DNA of 63,323 nt, filler included, from Folioceros fuciformis (taxonomy: Eukaryota): assembly GCA_049999805.1 (NCBI GenBank). It is 5 parts of 5 records of this genome, joined end to end, with 100 filler letters (N's around TTAATTAATTAA, not from the genome) between each part and the next. Parts side by side here need not be neighbours in the genome. Positions count along the whole stretch, not along the records: positions 1 to 27,415 come from JBNGIO010005799.1; 4 more parts are not named here. One strand, 5' to 3'. Numbering within the stretch: the stretch's first letter is position 1; every line of letters begins with the position of its first letter. Under the pieces are notes generated by a model, which worked only from the letters and a program-made list of their open reading frames with translations, ran no database searches and was not told the origin of the DNA. The translations under genes and the position numbers were made by a program. Positions 11,769 to 23,090 of this stretch are shown one piece after another.

Positions 11769-14700
11769 ATGGGGAACAAATTAGCCCGCACAACCCAGGC
11801 ATCGGCTTCGGAGTACTACCTGCAGGATCTGCCAACCACTTTGAATTTGGTGTTGAAGGAATCGCTGGGCAAAGGCCGCTTCCTTAAATCCATAGTTTGT
11901 GTTCATGATGAAGGGTGGCTTGTTGTCAAGGTCTACTTCAAGCGTGGCGAATTCCCCGATGTGAAGGTGATTGGCGGCAGTATTTGGTTCATATGAAGAA
12001 ATTCCCTGTTTCTGTCTGACCTCCACAGTATGGCAAGTTTTTTTCTAGCTGGTCAAGGATTTGCTTGCGTCTTTCATTCCTTCAGGCTCATGAACGGAAG
12101 CTGAAAGAAATTAAGGAGAAACTGAAGGACATCAAGCATTCACATGTTTGGCCCTTTCAGGTGACTTAGCTTGATCAGGTAGTATCCGCTTTCTCATTCC
12201 TTGCATCTTCTACTGAAATGTAAGCGTCCTGTGTGGCAGCATTGGATGGACACAGACAAGGCTGCGTACCTCATACGGCAATACTTCTACAGCAATCTCC
12301 ATGATCGCATGAGCACACGCCCTTTCCTGAGCATCATGGAAAAGAAATGGCTAGCATTTCAGGTTAAAGAAGATTTAGGCTGCCAGGATTCTAATGATGA
12401 GGGGGGTGAAGTGAATTTGTCCAGCTAGAGAGACTGCCTTCAGTCTTTGCAACATGGAAGAGTCCTGAATTTGCTCTCAGTTTCACTCTTGAAATTCTGA
12501 TGGAAGGGTTTTGATTGAGGATAGAGCATGGCGATCTGTCAAAGTCAGGGATTGTGCAAGATGCCAATTTGAATCTGTGGTTTTGCAGCTACTGCATGCA
12601 GTGAAGCAGAGCCATGAGCACAAAGTCTGCCACGGTGAGTCCTTTGCAAGTGGCTAGGCTTGTGTTTCAATAACGCTCCCTTTACCATTTACTTCTTGGT
12701 GCTGAGAATGGTTGTCCCGAGCAGGTGACATAAAATGTGAGAATGTCCTGGTGACGTCCTGGAACTGGGTTTACCTTGCGGACTATGCCTGCTTCAAGCC
12801 AACATATCTTCCAGCCGATAATCCTGCTGACTTTTCATTTTTCTTTGACACCGGTGGCAGCCGTCGCTGCTATCTTGCACCTGAGGTTAACTGTCCTTAT
12901 ATCTACCTACGTCTTAGATGTGAATTGAGAAGTTCGTAGCCCAGCCTTATACTTGAGCCAATTGTGCTTCTCGTCTTTGCAGCGATTTTGTGATCAGGTT
13001 CCGGTTGGCGATGGCCCTCTGCAACCTGCTATGGACGTGTTTGCACTTGGGTATCAACGTCTTGGTTCCTTCTGGTTTCCACTAGATAGTGTCGAAATGT
13101 CTGCACATGAGCAGCTAGTCATTTGCCAAAGATGCTCTTGTGATTTCTGATAGGGCACGTTAGCCAGGTATTTTTTTGTAGATCAAAAAACCTGATGGCA
13201 CTTATCTGTAATGGTTCTCCCGCTGTTGTGCATTTACAGGTGCGTAATTGCAGAACTCTTCCTTGAAGGTCAAGCTATTTTCACCCTTTCACAGCTCCTC
13301 ATGTATCGTAGGGGGGAATATGACCCAAGGCCTTCTCTGGAAAAGGTGAACTACAGCTTTTCTTGTGCTCGTGCTTTCTCAAGACTTGGGTGTGAATATA
13401 TGTCAGGTTGTGCAGAGCGACTGATTGGTGGGATAAATTGCTTCAGATTCCTGATTCTGGAATACGCGAGATGGCTTTGCACATGATACAGCAGAATCCA
13501 GAATCCCGTCTGTCGGCACATGAGTATCTGGAAACCTGGGCACCTACATTGTTCCCAAGCTATTTCTCACCACTTCTGCACAATTTCTTCTCTTGTATAG
13601 TTCCCCTGGACCCAGACACGAGGGTGAGTTCTCCGTCTTTCCAAAGCACATTTGTAACGCATCCGTGTCATGAAATGCTCCTCTATGTAGATGTCCTTGG
13701 AGCCCGTTTGATCACTTACAAAGCATGGACTTCAGCTGCCAAGTAGTTGAATCTATTAGTGCATCTTATGAACAGGTGGCAGTCACACAAGGTGCCTTCC
13801 CAGAAATTCGCAAGCAAATGTTAGCAGATGCAAGGCGAAAAGTGGAAAGGAAGCAAACTGGAGAGAGACAATCCAGGTTATTTACTGGTAGTCAGAATAT
13901 GCCCCAGGGGGCCAGCACGCTTTTGCAGAATCTAACCGTATGCGTGGTGCTGATGGCAGTGCACTTGGTCGGAGATATGGACGTTCGAAGACCATCTCAG
14001 GGTATTCCCGTGTGAGTCTGCAGTCAGAGATAAATGCACTGATGAGAATTGAATGGAGGGCCAGTGATGTGGGCCTGCCGTCTACAGATGTTACTTCTCA
14101 AGTCAGATCCTTCAAAGATGAGGATGGTGAACGGGATGATGTTCTGGATAAATTCAGTAAGCGAAGTCTGGGTAGGGCTAGGTCTGTAAACATAACACTC
14201 TCGAGTATCCCAACAAAAGGCTCAGAAGCAAAGGTCCCACTAGGTGTGATACGAAGCTTGGGGATTGTGGAAGAATCGTCTTCCCTGGATGGAGGCCACG
14301 TTAGCCTTGATGGCCAAGTACCGACCACCTCAGGATCCCAAGTTCGCATAAAGCCAGCATCACTTGCAATGGCAGATGCAGCCCTTGCAGCGGAGGAGGT
14401 TATAGTTGAGGAGGTGAATATGCGAGGTCTTGATCCTGTTCATCTGTGTTGACACTCTTGTGCAAATATTCACATGACTGTCGGGTCTAGTTCTCAACTG
14501 CCCTTACCTTAGAGTGTGCTTTATCATGTGCAGGTCTACGAGAATCAAGTTAGAGAGCCTGGTGGTACGTTTAGTGAGTGGCCGTTCTCATCTGGAGAGT
14601 CAAGTGAAAGTGTTGGGAGGGGTGCAGGCGGGCGGCAAAAGGGCGACATCACTCTTCCGTTGGAGAGTGGTTGGATGTGGGAGGGCGATTGGGAGGTTGA

Positions 14701-17700
14701 CTTAAATTGGCTAATGAATGGTACGAAGTGTATGTTTTTGCACTCCAGCAGCTGCTGCCTTGCAACGAACTCAGTTTAAGTCTTGTTTGACAAGTCTATT
14801 TTTTGCAGGTGTTGCAGTTGATAGGGAAGGGTGGAGATATCGAAAGGTGGTTGCAAAAGACCTGGAAAAGGGTATAATAGGTGATGTAGTCGCTGCACAA
14901 GGTGAGAAACAATCTCAACAAAAACTGGGATTGCGCCAAGGGCTTTCTCAAACTTGGACAGCTGCATGTACGCCTGACTGCACGTGGAGACGAAGGCGCT
15001 GGTTACGGAAACGTAGGAGGCGACTTCCCACTCCAGTGCAAGGTGCAATCAAAAGTGGGTCTATGCAAGTAGCAGGTGGAACCATGGATTCATCGGTGGT
15101 TGCAAAAAGTGTAGAGCAGGACTCCGAATCGAAAGTATTAAGGTGTGATGGCATGGTTCTTATTGCTTCCCTGTTATGCTCTTGCCTACGGAATGTTAGG
15201 CTTCCACAGGCACGGAGAGGGGCTGTTCAGTTGCTACAAGATGCCTCAGAGTTCTGTGATGATGATTGCAGACTGCAACAAATCATCCCATATGTTGCTG
15301 CATTGCTTTCTGATTCAGCAGCTATAGTACGGTGTGCTGCTCTACAGACCCTCTGTAATGTGCTGTCAAAGGTTTCAAGCTTTCCTCCAGGTGATGCAAA
15401 GCTTTTTCCGGAGTACATCCTTCCTCTTCTTTCCATGTTGCCAGATGATCCAGAAGAAAGTGTCCGCATAGCCTATTCAGATAACGTCAGTCTGATTGCA
15501 GAGACTGCTGACAGGTGTCTCAAAAACTCCCAGTATTTCAGTGATTTAGGAGGCCTAGACAGCCCGAGTCGTGCCTTTAGGGTCCATGCAAATGAGAGGC
15601 CACCTCTGCCCAGTGTTCAGCATACTGCCAGCAAAATTGAGAATGAGCTTTCTCACTTGCGTGAGGCAATAGCTCGAGTTATTCAAGAGTTGGTCATTGG
15701 GCAAAAGCAAACACCCACGATCAGGCGTGCACTCCTGACACACGTTGGGTCACTTTGCAAATTTTTTGGCCAGAAGCAGAGCAATGACTTCCTTCTCCCC
15801 ATACTGCCAGCCTTTTTGAATGATCGGGATGAGCAGCTCCGTTCTGCTTTCTTCGAGCATATAATTCATGTGTGCTTATTCATTGGCCAAATGAGTGTAG
15901 AGGCTTATCTGCTCCCTTACGTAGAACAGGCTCTGAGTGATGTTGAAGAGATTGTTGTTGTTAACTCCTTGAACTGCCTCGCTGCTTTATGTTGTCATAG
16001 AATGTTGCGGAAGCGTGTGTTGCTGGAAGCAGTGGAACGGGCAGCTCCACTCCTCTGTCATCCAAGCCAGTGGGTTCGGAAGGCAGCAATGACTTTCGTG
16101 GCTGCAACCAGCTGCAATTTGGATATAGCAGAAGCCTATTCCCTTTTATCTCCCATTCTATCTCCCTTCCTTCGAAGAGAACCTGCCTCATTATGCTCAG
16201 AGGAAGCTCTTATGCCTTGCTTGAAGCCGCCTATGTCAAGAGAGGACTTTAACAGGTTGTTAAGTGACATTATGTTATTAGAAAAGCCTTCTGATCAGCT
16301 GTGCACCAAAGTTGTGCATCAACGGAAAGGAAATTCTTCTGAGCAGCTCTGCACCAAAGTTGTCCAACAGCGAAAAGGTAGGCAGAGGTCATTGACGCAG
16401 AGCCAAGTCAAGCCACTGGAAAGAAGTCGGTTTGGGAAAGAGGCTGACATTACCTCGGCAACAGCAGACTCACGAGGTCTGAAGAATGTGGAATCCAAGC
16501 TGCCGTCCTCACCAGGGCGCACAAGTTGCTTTAGTGATGGAGTGCAAGGCTCTGAACCGGGTGATGGTGAAAAACTGAAAGCAATGGAAGGCTACATTCG
16601 CAACTTATCAAGCACTATGCAAACTAGAATGCACAATTGGGAGGTGGAAAATACGGAGAAGCTACAGAGTTCGGCTCTTGGCGGTCTGGGCACTGGAGTG
16701 GGAACAGGTTATTATTCACACTATGATGGTACCTCGGAAGGTATCCCCTTGTACTGGGTTTCCGTTAATGAGAAAAAGCAAGATGGCCCAAAGAAGCACG
16801 ATGGGCAAGCGGCTGTATTGGATGCGAGCCTCTCTAGTAATGAGGAATGGAGCCGAGTCTTTGGTGCACGTCAGGGTAATGTGCCTTATTTCATGACAGC
16901 TGTTGCGGCCCCACACATGGGTAGCTCCTTGGCTGTGGCTTCATCTCAATGGGCCACGATTGGAGCTACCCACTCTTCCATGTTGCCAGCAGATCCTTAC
17001 CAAAGTTCGGTTTCCATGACTGGATCTGTTTACAATGGAGGTCATTTCATGTATGATGTGACAAAGGACACTTACAGGAGAGAAAGGGATGGCAATGTGC
17101 TACACACATCAATTCAGGCTGTTCCTGTAGCATCTCTGGATTCTTTTGTGCAAAGTCAGAGTGGACCAAGTGCAGATGCTTTGGTTGATCAAGACCCAAC
17201 CACAGAGGTCCCTGGGGGAGGGGAACCCGAAGGGTCTAACGTGGATACCTCTTGGCGCCCAAAAGGAGTCCTGATCGCACACCTCCAAGAACATCAACGA
17301 GCGGTCAATGAAGTGGCTGTATCTAGTGATACTGTGTTTTTTCTCAGTGCATCAGATGATGGGACAGTGAAAGTTTGGGATTGCCGACGCCTGGAGAGGG
17401 ATGTTTCATTTAGGTCGAGACTTACATATTGCTGTAAAGCTGGGCGTGTGCTTCATGTGCAAACGGTTGGCAGTGACAATAAGGTAGCGGCTGCAACAAG
17501 TGATGGTCAGATTCATGTATTTAATGTAGATTATGTTGGTCGTGAGGGTAACAGTGGAGAAAAATACTCTGGCTTCTCGGAGATCAGGAAGCTAGAATCA
17601 CATGAGGGGCCAGTAACATCTTTGCAGAACTTTTGTGGGGAAGGCACCCAATTACTGCTGTACAGCACACTGAAAGATAATATTCACCTCTGGGACATGC

Positions 17701-18849
17701 GAAAACAGGTGGATGCTTGGTCATTGTGCGTGGAACCTGCACAAGGCTATGTTACAGCAACTGCACTTGACTCGAATTGTAACTGGCTTGTATCTGCAAC
17801 ATCGAGGGGCTTCCTGACTCTGTGGGACTTGAGATTCCTGATTCCAGTGAATACTTGGTGCCATCCTTCTGGATGCTTCATCAAGTGTATGTCACCCCTG
17901 CAGCCTTGGTCTTGGGATCCGTTAAAACCTTCTAGAAGTCCATGGGTGTACGTTGCAGCAGGACGGAACGAAGTGGCTTTATGGAATGCCGAAAACGGGA
18001 ATTGTAGTCAGGTGACTTGTCTCAGCCCAGTCTCGGAGCTTGTTTGTGAGGAAGAGCGTGACTGACTTCGTATATCATTCATTAGTCCGTGGGCAATTTT
18101 GTCTGTCAATCCAGTTCTTGAAAATTTGTGGGGTTGCAGGTGTTGCAGATGCAGGGAGACACAGCTGCTTCAGAGACACATGAGCTTCCTGCCGCTTTGA
18201 AAGCAAGTCGGTCCAGTACAGATGAAATCGCTAGTCCCAAAGAAAGGTACAAAGTTGAGGAGCTCATTGATCCGCCTCCTCAACTTCCTGGAGTTCGTGC
18301 ACTTCTGCCCCTTTCAGGTGGTACCGCGATCATATGTGGAGGGACAGATCTGCGGATTCGTCTATGGGATCGCCACAGGTACAGTCAAAGTCGTGGAAGC
18401 CGAAGGGTGATTATGAACCTGCACTTCCTGGTCCTTCCTTTTTCTGATTCTCCTGGTGTTGTGTAGGCCTGGGAAGAGCTACTGCATTTGTGGGCCAACA
18501 GTCAAGGGACCTACATCACCCGATTCTCAGGTGTACACTCCAAGGGACATCTCAGGTGTTCAAGTCGTTCAGGTGACTCATGTTATCTCTGTACACGATT
18601 ATGGTTACACTTCTTGGAGAGAAATTTTCAGCTGATCTCTCTCTATGTTGTCTTTCGTAGGAGCACCCTCCTAGGGATGGCAGCACCAGTACCAAATTGA
18701 AAAACTCATCGAAACCCAGCATTGTAGCGGCAGCAACAGATACTGCAGGGTGTCACCGCGACTGCATCACATCTCTTGCCTTGGCGCAGACCAATCAGCG
18801 GCTCCTCATCTCCAGCAGCAGAGATGGGGCAGTGAAAGTGTGGAAGTAG
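11769..18849 (+). CDS. VPS15: VPS15 / PIK3R4 class III PI3K regulatory subunit (pseudokinase, HEAT, WD40), ~15 exons, with an inserted DysF-like domain
   Basis: Myristoylation-type start [97 protein letters not shown] region [36 protein letters not shown]40 region [14 protein letters not shown]..; C-terminus [11 protein letters not shown] with TAG at 18847-18849. Confidence 0.96.
16288..16379 (+). repeat. 48-bp in-frame tandem duplication in the VPS15 linker
   Basis: [14 protein letters not shown] and [14 protein letters not shown]; copies start at 16288 and 16336. Confidence 0.85.
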
Positions 18850-19107
18850 TCTGAGCTCTCGTATCTCAACGTCTCATTGTTCGACTACATCGTTGTTCTC
18901 GAGTGTACAAAAGCTAGCTACGTTACGCAAACATTTTTAGGCCCATATTGGGATCGCCGCAAAGTATGTACATAATCGGCATATGCTACATTCTCATTTA
19001 CTACCATTGCAACGAATCCGAGGAAAACCTACGGGAGTTGTGAAGCCCTTCCCGTCGGGTGCCTTCGAGGACTTCAGAGATCTGGCCTGTAATCAAATTG
19101 AGTATCG

Positions 19108-19272
19108 ATGGGCCAAGATTTGGATGACCAGAGTGCGGCAGCGGCCATGGAAGTGGATCTGGATGGCGATGCCGTCGACGTGATGGGCGACGCTGCTTCA
19201 GACAATAAGCCGTCCGACTCCGATTTCTTCAATTCCTTTGAGGATGATTTCGATGACGTCGACATTGCCTAG
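19108..19272 (+). CDS. SMAP1: Small acidic protein 1 (SMAP1; CSNAP/CSN9-like COP9 signalosome-associated peptide), 54 aa, single exon
   Basis: ATG 19108 to TAG 19270-19272 encodes MGQDLDDQSAAAAMEVDLDGDAVDVMGDAASDNKPSDSDFFNSFEDDFDDVDIA. The F/D-rich C-terminus DFFNxFEDDFDD and the MxVD motif match plant SMAP. It is below the ORF-track length cutoff. Confidence 0.88.
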   Translation: MGQDLDDQSAAAAMEVDLDGDAVDVMGDAASDNKPSDSDFFNSFEDDFDDVDIA

Positions 19273-19965
19273 GGTCTATCGCTGCTCAGGTGCTGCTCTT
19301 GCTCCTCCAACGCTGGTATTCTCGTTTGTCTAGTCGAGAGTGTGGTCGAACTCGGGGAGATGAGCTTTGCATCGATGAAGTCCGAGCTCCAATCAACAGG
19401 TTGCATACAGAACTTGTTGGGTGAGGATCACTCTGAAGTCTCTAACGCCTCCTTTGTCTGATACCAGGATATGGCAGATGAGGTCCCGCGTGTGGCCTGG
19501 GTGGTATTACCGTCTCACCTAACTTATGGCGCTTGGGCTTTAAAGATTCCGTCAGACCTGGGATCTAGATGTACATGAAGTTTGGGGAACGCAGTTGGCT
19601 GGCATCGCAGCTTAGATTGAGTGTTGGTAGTGTCTGTGAAGATCGGGCTGTGGACAACAATCTACCTGTCGACGCCCATTCTGTTCGGAAATGTAAATTG
19701 TTCAAGACGCCGCGAAGGAATCAGCTCCAGACCATTCCCCTGCCATGTCCGATTTTTTCCAAGACTGCAAAATGTCGTTGTCATCCACGGATTCGTTGGA
19801 AACAATCGCCTCACCAACGTCCGATGTTTCATGCACCCTGGTCATGGTGAAGACGTTCCCTCGAGACTAGAGTACATTGTGTTGCATTGTGTCCTCGTGT
19901 GCAGCAGGGGCACATTCGATTGCGCCGCAAAATCGGGAAGCCCTAACCTGCAAACGGCAACGGTC

Positions 19966-22395
19966 ATGTCCTCGATCGGTAGTGGGGCCTCAAAACAGGA
20001 CAAGCGGCCATTAATGAACGGAAATGAGCATGAGAAATCATGCAAGGCTGAGAGGTATTCCTGTATGGCGGAGTCCCAGGGAATGTCCACGTGGTTGATT
20101 GAGGAGGCTATCCGTGTGTCAGCCATGACTGCAGGCCCGGAGGCGAAGTGGTTGCATGACCTGGATCGGTTTGGTCTCCCCGCGTCCCAGACTGAGGTGG
20201 AGGGAGCTGTGGAGGACTTAGAGAAGCGGGGCGAGGAAATCACCTTGTGTGCACTCGTGAATTCTTTGCTGGATGCCCGCGCCTCCAGTCCCCCCTGCCA
20301 CTTTCCTTCGAGCCCACGGCATGCCACTTTGTCTTGCGAGCAGGAGGAAATGTGCTGTGCGGCAAGGGAGCAGAGCCAGAAGCTCGGCCTTGAAGGCGTC
20401 GACCTTGAAGAGGAAACGGACGGCGAGTCTTCGGGGGGGTTAGGGATAAGTGAGCAGGAGCCGGCAGGCGATGCTGGAGACTCGGAGTACGCTGCGGATG
20501 GTGGCACACGTTTTAGAAGTAACGAAGCAGGATGCTCGAAGCCAGCATGGTGGTGTGACCTCGCGTCGCTAGGGTTCTCTGAGGCCGAGGTGGAAAGCGC
20601 TGTTGAAAGCTTAGAGAATGCAGGGAGAGAAGTGACAGCAGAGGTTGTGGCGAACGTGATCTTGGAAAACCTTGGGGACCCTTGCGATGAAACTGCAGCT
20701 GCAGCTGTAGAGGAATCTGAACCTCATAGTGGCGAAGATGATCAGGGCGGGAGAAGTTGCGATATGGACGTGGACGTTAAGGATGTCGCTGACGATGCTA
20801 CTGGTGCACGTACTGGCGATTACCGCTTGGAGCAGCTGGTAGAATTGGGTTACGACTTCGACGTCGTCACCGTTGCAGTCAGCTACCATGCACTTGATGA
20901 CCCTGTGGAGAAAGTGGTGGACTGGCTGGATGCCTACTTACTGTCTGACACTCCGAGCAAGCCTAAAGCCGAGGGAGTGGACTTGGTTGTGGAGCAAGTG
21001 AAGAGCATGGTGCAGCTTAGCCCTCGTTTGGAAGACGCTATACGGAAGCATGACTGCAAAGACGTCACGGAAGCATTGGACCTGCAGAAAGCTTTGGAAT
21101 TGCAGGAACTAGTGGAAGACGATGGCCAGCCTAACGAGTCAGATACTTTTAATCGTCGGAGATGTGCATCTGCGCGTGACTGGGATCCGGACGTCATCGA
21201 TACAGCTGAGGATCTGGATTCCTATGACATGGGGCGAACAGGTCTTGGCCGGGGAGAAGAATGTAGCGTGATCAGAAAGCAAAGGAAAACGAAGCAACGC
21301 GGTGGTAGGTCTACTGTCTATACCCTGCAGAGGGAAGACTATTACTCTTTCGAAGAAGATTCGAGAACAGGGCATGGAGTTCCTGGTGGGCCTGTGATTC
21401 CTCGGACTTTGCCGGAAAGTTTAGCTAGACCTCCGTATTTCTACTTCGAGAATGTGGCATCGATGCCAAAGTTCGAATGGGACAAGATCTCCAGTGAGCT
21501 GTATGGCATCAAGCCAGAGTTTGTGGATGCTTTGCACTTCTCGGCTTGCAGAAGGGCACGAGGCTATGTCCATAACCTTCCAGTTGAGGGAAGGCAGTTA
21601 CTGATTCCTCAGCCTCCTATGACCATTCAAGAGCTATTTCCAGAAACTTCGAAGCATTGGCCTGCATGGGACCTCAGGAGAAAACTAAATTGCATAGATT
21701 CTAGATCAGCATGCCACACTGTTGTCGAGCCCATTGTCGAGTCCATCAAACAACACGGAGCTAGACTTGTGGTGGATGAGAACTTCCGGAAGGAGATGTT
21801 GATAGAACTGAAGAAATGGAATTTAGTTTGGACGGGACCAAGTCAAGTCTCTCCCATGAGTGCCGAAGAGATGGAGGTGGTTTTAGGGTACGACGTCAAT
21901 CATACCAGAGGTGTGGTGAACAAAACCGATCGATGGAAGTGCTTAGGAAGTTGTTTTCAGGTTAACACGGTTGCGTATCATCTCTCGGTATTGAAGCCCT
22001 TGTTCCCCCAAGGAATGAACGTCATCTCTTTATTTGCGGGGATAGGAGGTGCTGAGGTTGCGTTGCACAAGAATGGCATCCAGCTCAATGTGGTGGTAAG
22101 CATAGAATTGAACGATAAGGTTAGGCAGGTAGTTTCTAATTGGTGGCAAGTCACAGGTCAGAAGGGCCATCTGGTTCATCACATTCATGACGTGAAGGAT
22201 TTGACGAAGGATAAGCTAGTAGACCTTCAACTTAGATACGGAAAATTTGACCTTTTAATTGGTGGGAGCCCTTGCAACAATTTGTCAGGCAGCAACAGGG
22301 TGTCTCGAACAGGTTTGGCGGGTGAGCACTCCAGTTTGTTTTATGAATACAAGCGAATACTACACGACTTAAGGCTGCTTACAGGCCCTCCTTGA
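19966..22395 (+). CDS. DRM: Domains-rearranged DNA (cytosine-5) methyltransferase (DRM family), intronless, with N-terminal UBA-like repeats
   Basis: Circularly permuted motif order: PPYFYFENV (VI), RARGYVHNLP (VIII), LGSCFQVNTVAYHLSVLK (X), SLFAGIGGAEVAL (I), DLLIGGSPCNNLSG.NR (IV). UBA-like helical repeats (e.g. LASLGFSEAEVESAV, LVELGYDFDVVTVAV) lie upstream. The start codon is uncertain: the frame is open from 19621 and ATG 19966 is my choice. Confidence 0.93.
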   Translation: MSSIGSGASKQDKRPLMNGNEHEKSCKAERYSCMAESQGMSTWLIEEAIRVSAMTAGPEAKWLHDLDRFGLPASQTEVEGAVEDLEKRGEEITLCALVNSLLDARASSPPCHFPSSPRHATLSCEQEEMCCAAREQSQKLGLEGVDLEEETDGESSGGLGISEQEPAGDAGDSEYAADGGTRFRSNEAGCSKPAWWCDLASLGFSEAEVESAVESLENAGREVTAEVVANVILENLGDPCDETAAAAVEESEPHSGEDDQGGRSCDMDVDVKDVADDATGARTGDYRLEQLVELGYDFDVVTVAVSYHALDDPVEKVVDWLDAYLLSDTPSKPKAEGVDLVVEQVKSMVQLSPRLEDAIRKHDCKDVTEALDLQKALELQELVEDDGQPNESDTFNRRRCASARDWDPDVIDTAEDLDSYDMGRTGLGRGEECSVIRKQRKTKQRGGRSTVYTLQREDYYSFEEDSRTGHGVPGGPVIPRTLPESLARPPYFYFENVASMPKFEWDKISSELYGIKPEFVDALHFSACRRARGYVHNLPVEGRQLLIPQPPMTIQELFPETSKHWPAWDLRRKLNCIDSRSACHTVVEPIVESIKQHGARLVVDENFRKEMLIELKKWNLVWTGPSQVSPMSAEEMEVVLGYDVNHTRGVVNKTDRWKCLGSCFQVNTVAYHLSVLKPLFPQGMNVISLFAGIGGAEVALHKNGIQLNVVVSIELNDKVRQVVSNWWQVTGQKGHLVHHIHDVKDLTKDKLVDLQLRYGKFDLLIGGSPCNNLSGSNRVSRTGLAGEHSSLFYEYKRILHDLRLLTGPP

Positions 22396-23090
22396 TCGTG
22401 TGTTTTCCGTCAACATGGCAACCTGGGACGGTACGACAGGATGATCGGCAGCCATGGTTCCTGTCATCCACTTTTGGCTCCAGATGCCGTCGATCCTCAC
22501 GTAAAACTGTCCACGCTAAGCAGCGGCAATCTCACGTGGGATTGTGCTTGTGATAAGCCAAGTGTCATTAATTTACGCAGAGCTGTTGGCCGGCTCAAGA
22601 TCAGGGACCCTTTTAGACACATTTATTCTGGTAGAATCTCGGTTTCACATTGATATGCTAGTGCCTTCCACATGTAAATTCGGAAGCAGAGGATTCGAAA
22701 CAAGGCGGAACCAGATGACTCTCATATCACACTGCGGTTGCTGGGAACAAAGTCCTCAGGTAACTGGATTATTTCATGTTGTTTCTAAACGCTAAGCGTA
22801 TGAAAGCATCTTCCAGGACACCTTTTATTGAGCATCGACTGACGTCGTCTTGAATAGCTTTTGGAATCGTTTGGCATGAAAACATGGGCTCCTCGAGGAC
22901 GTTCAGCGCCAGAGTAATGTCCAAATTTGGACAGGTATCGTTCGCAGTGGACTGCGCACTCTTACAGACCTCTTAAGCTGCGCTGAGGCTAGGGAGAGTT
23001 AATTCCTTGTCAGAGTCTTAAGTTCTGCAGTTAGAAACCATGGCACCAGGCAAGTTGGCATTCCTTCTAATCCTCAGCTTGCTAGTAGCA

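Noticed and set aside
19621-19965. 115-aa N-terminal extension of DRM from a GTG start
   Set aside because: Non-ATG start and no recognisable protein features; more likely UTR or promoter, although an upstream in-frame ATG cannot be excluded.
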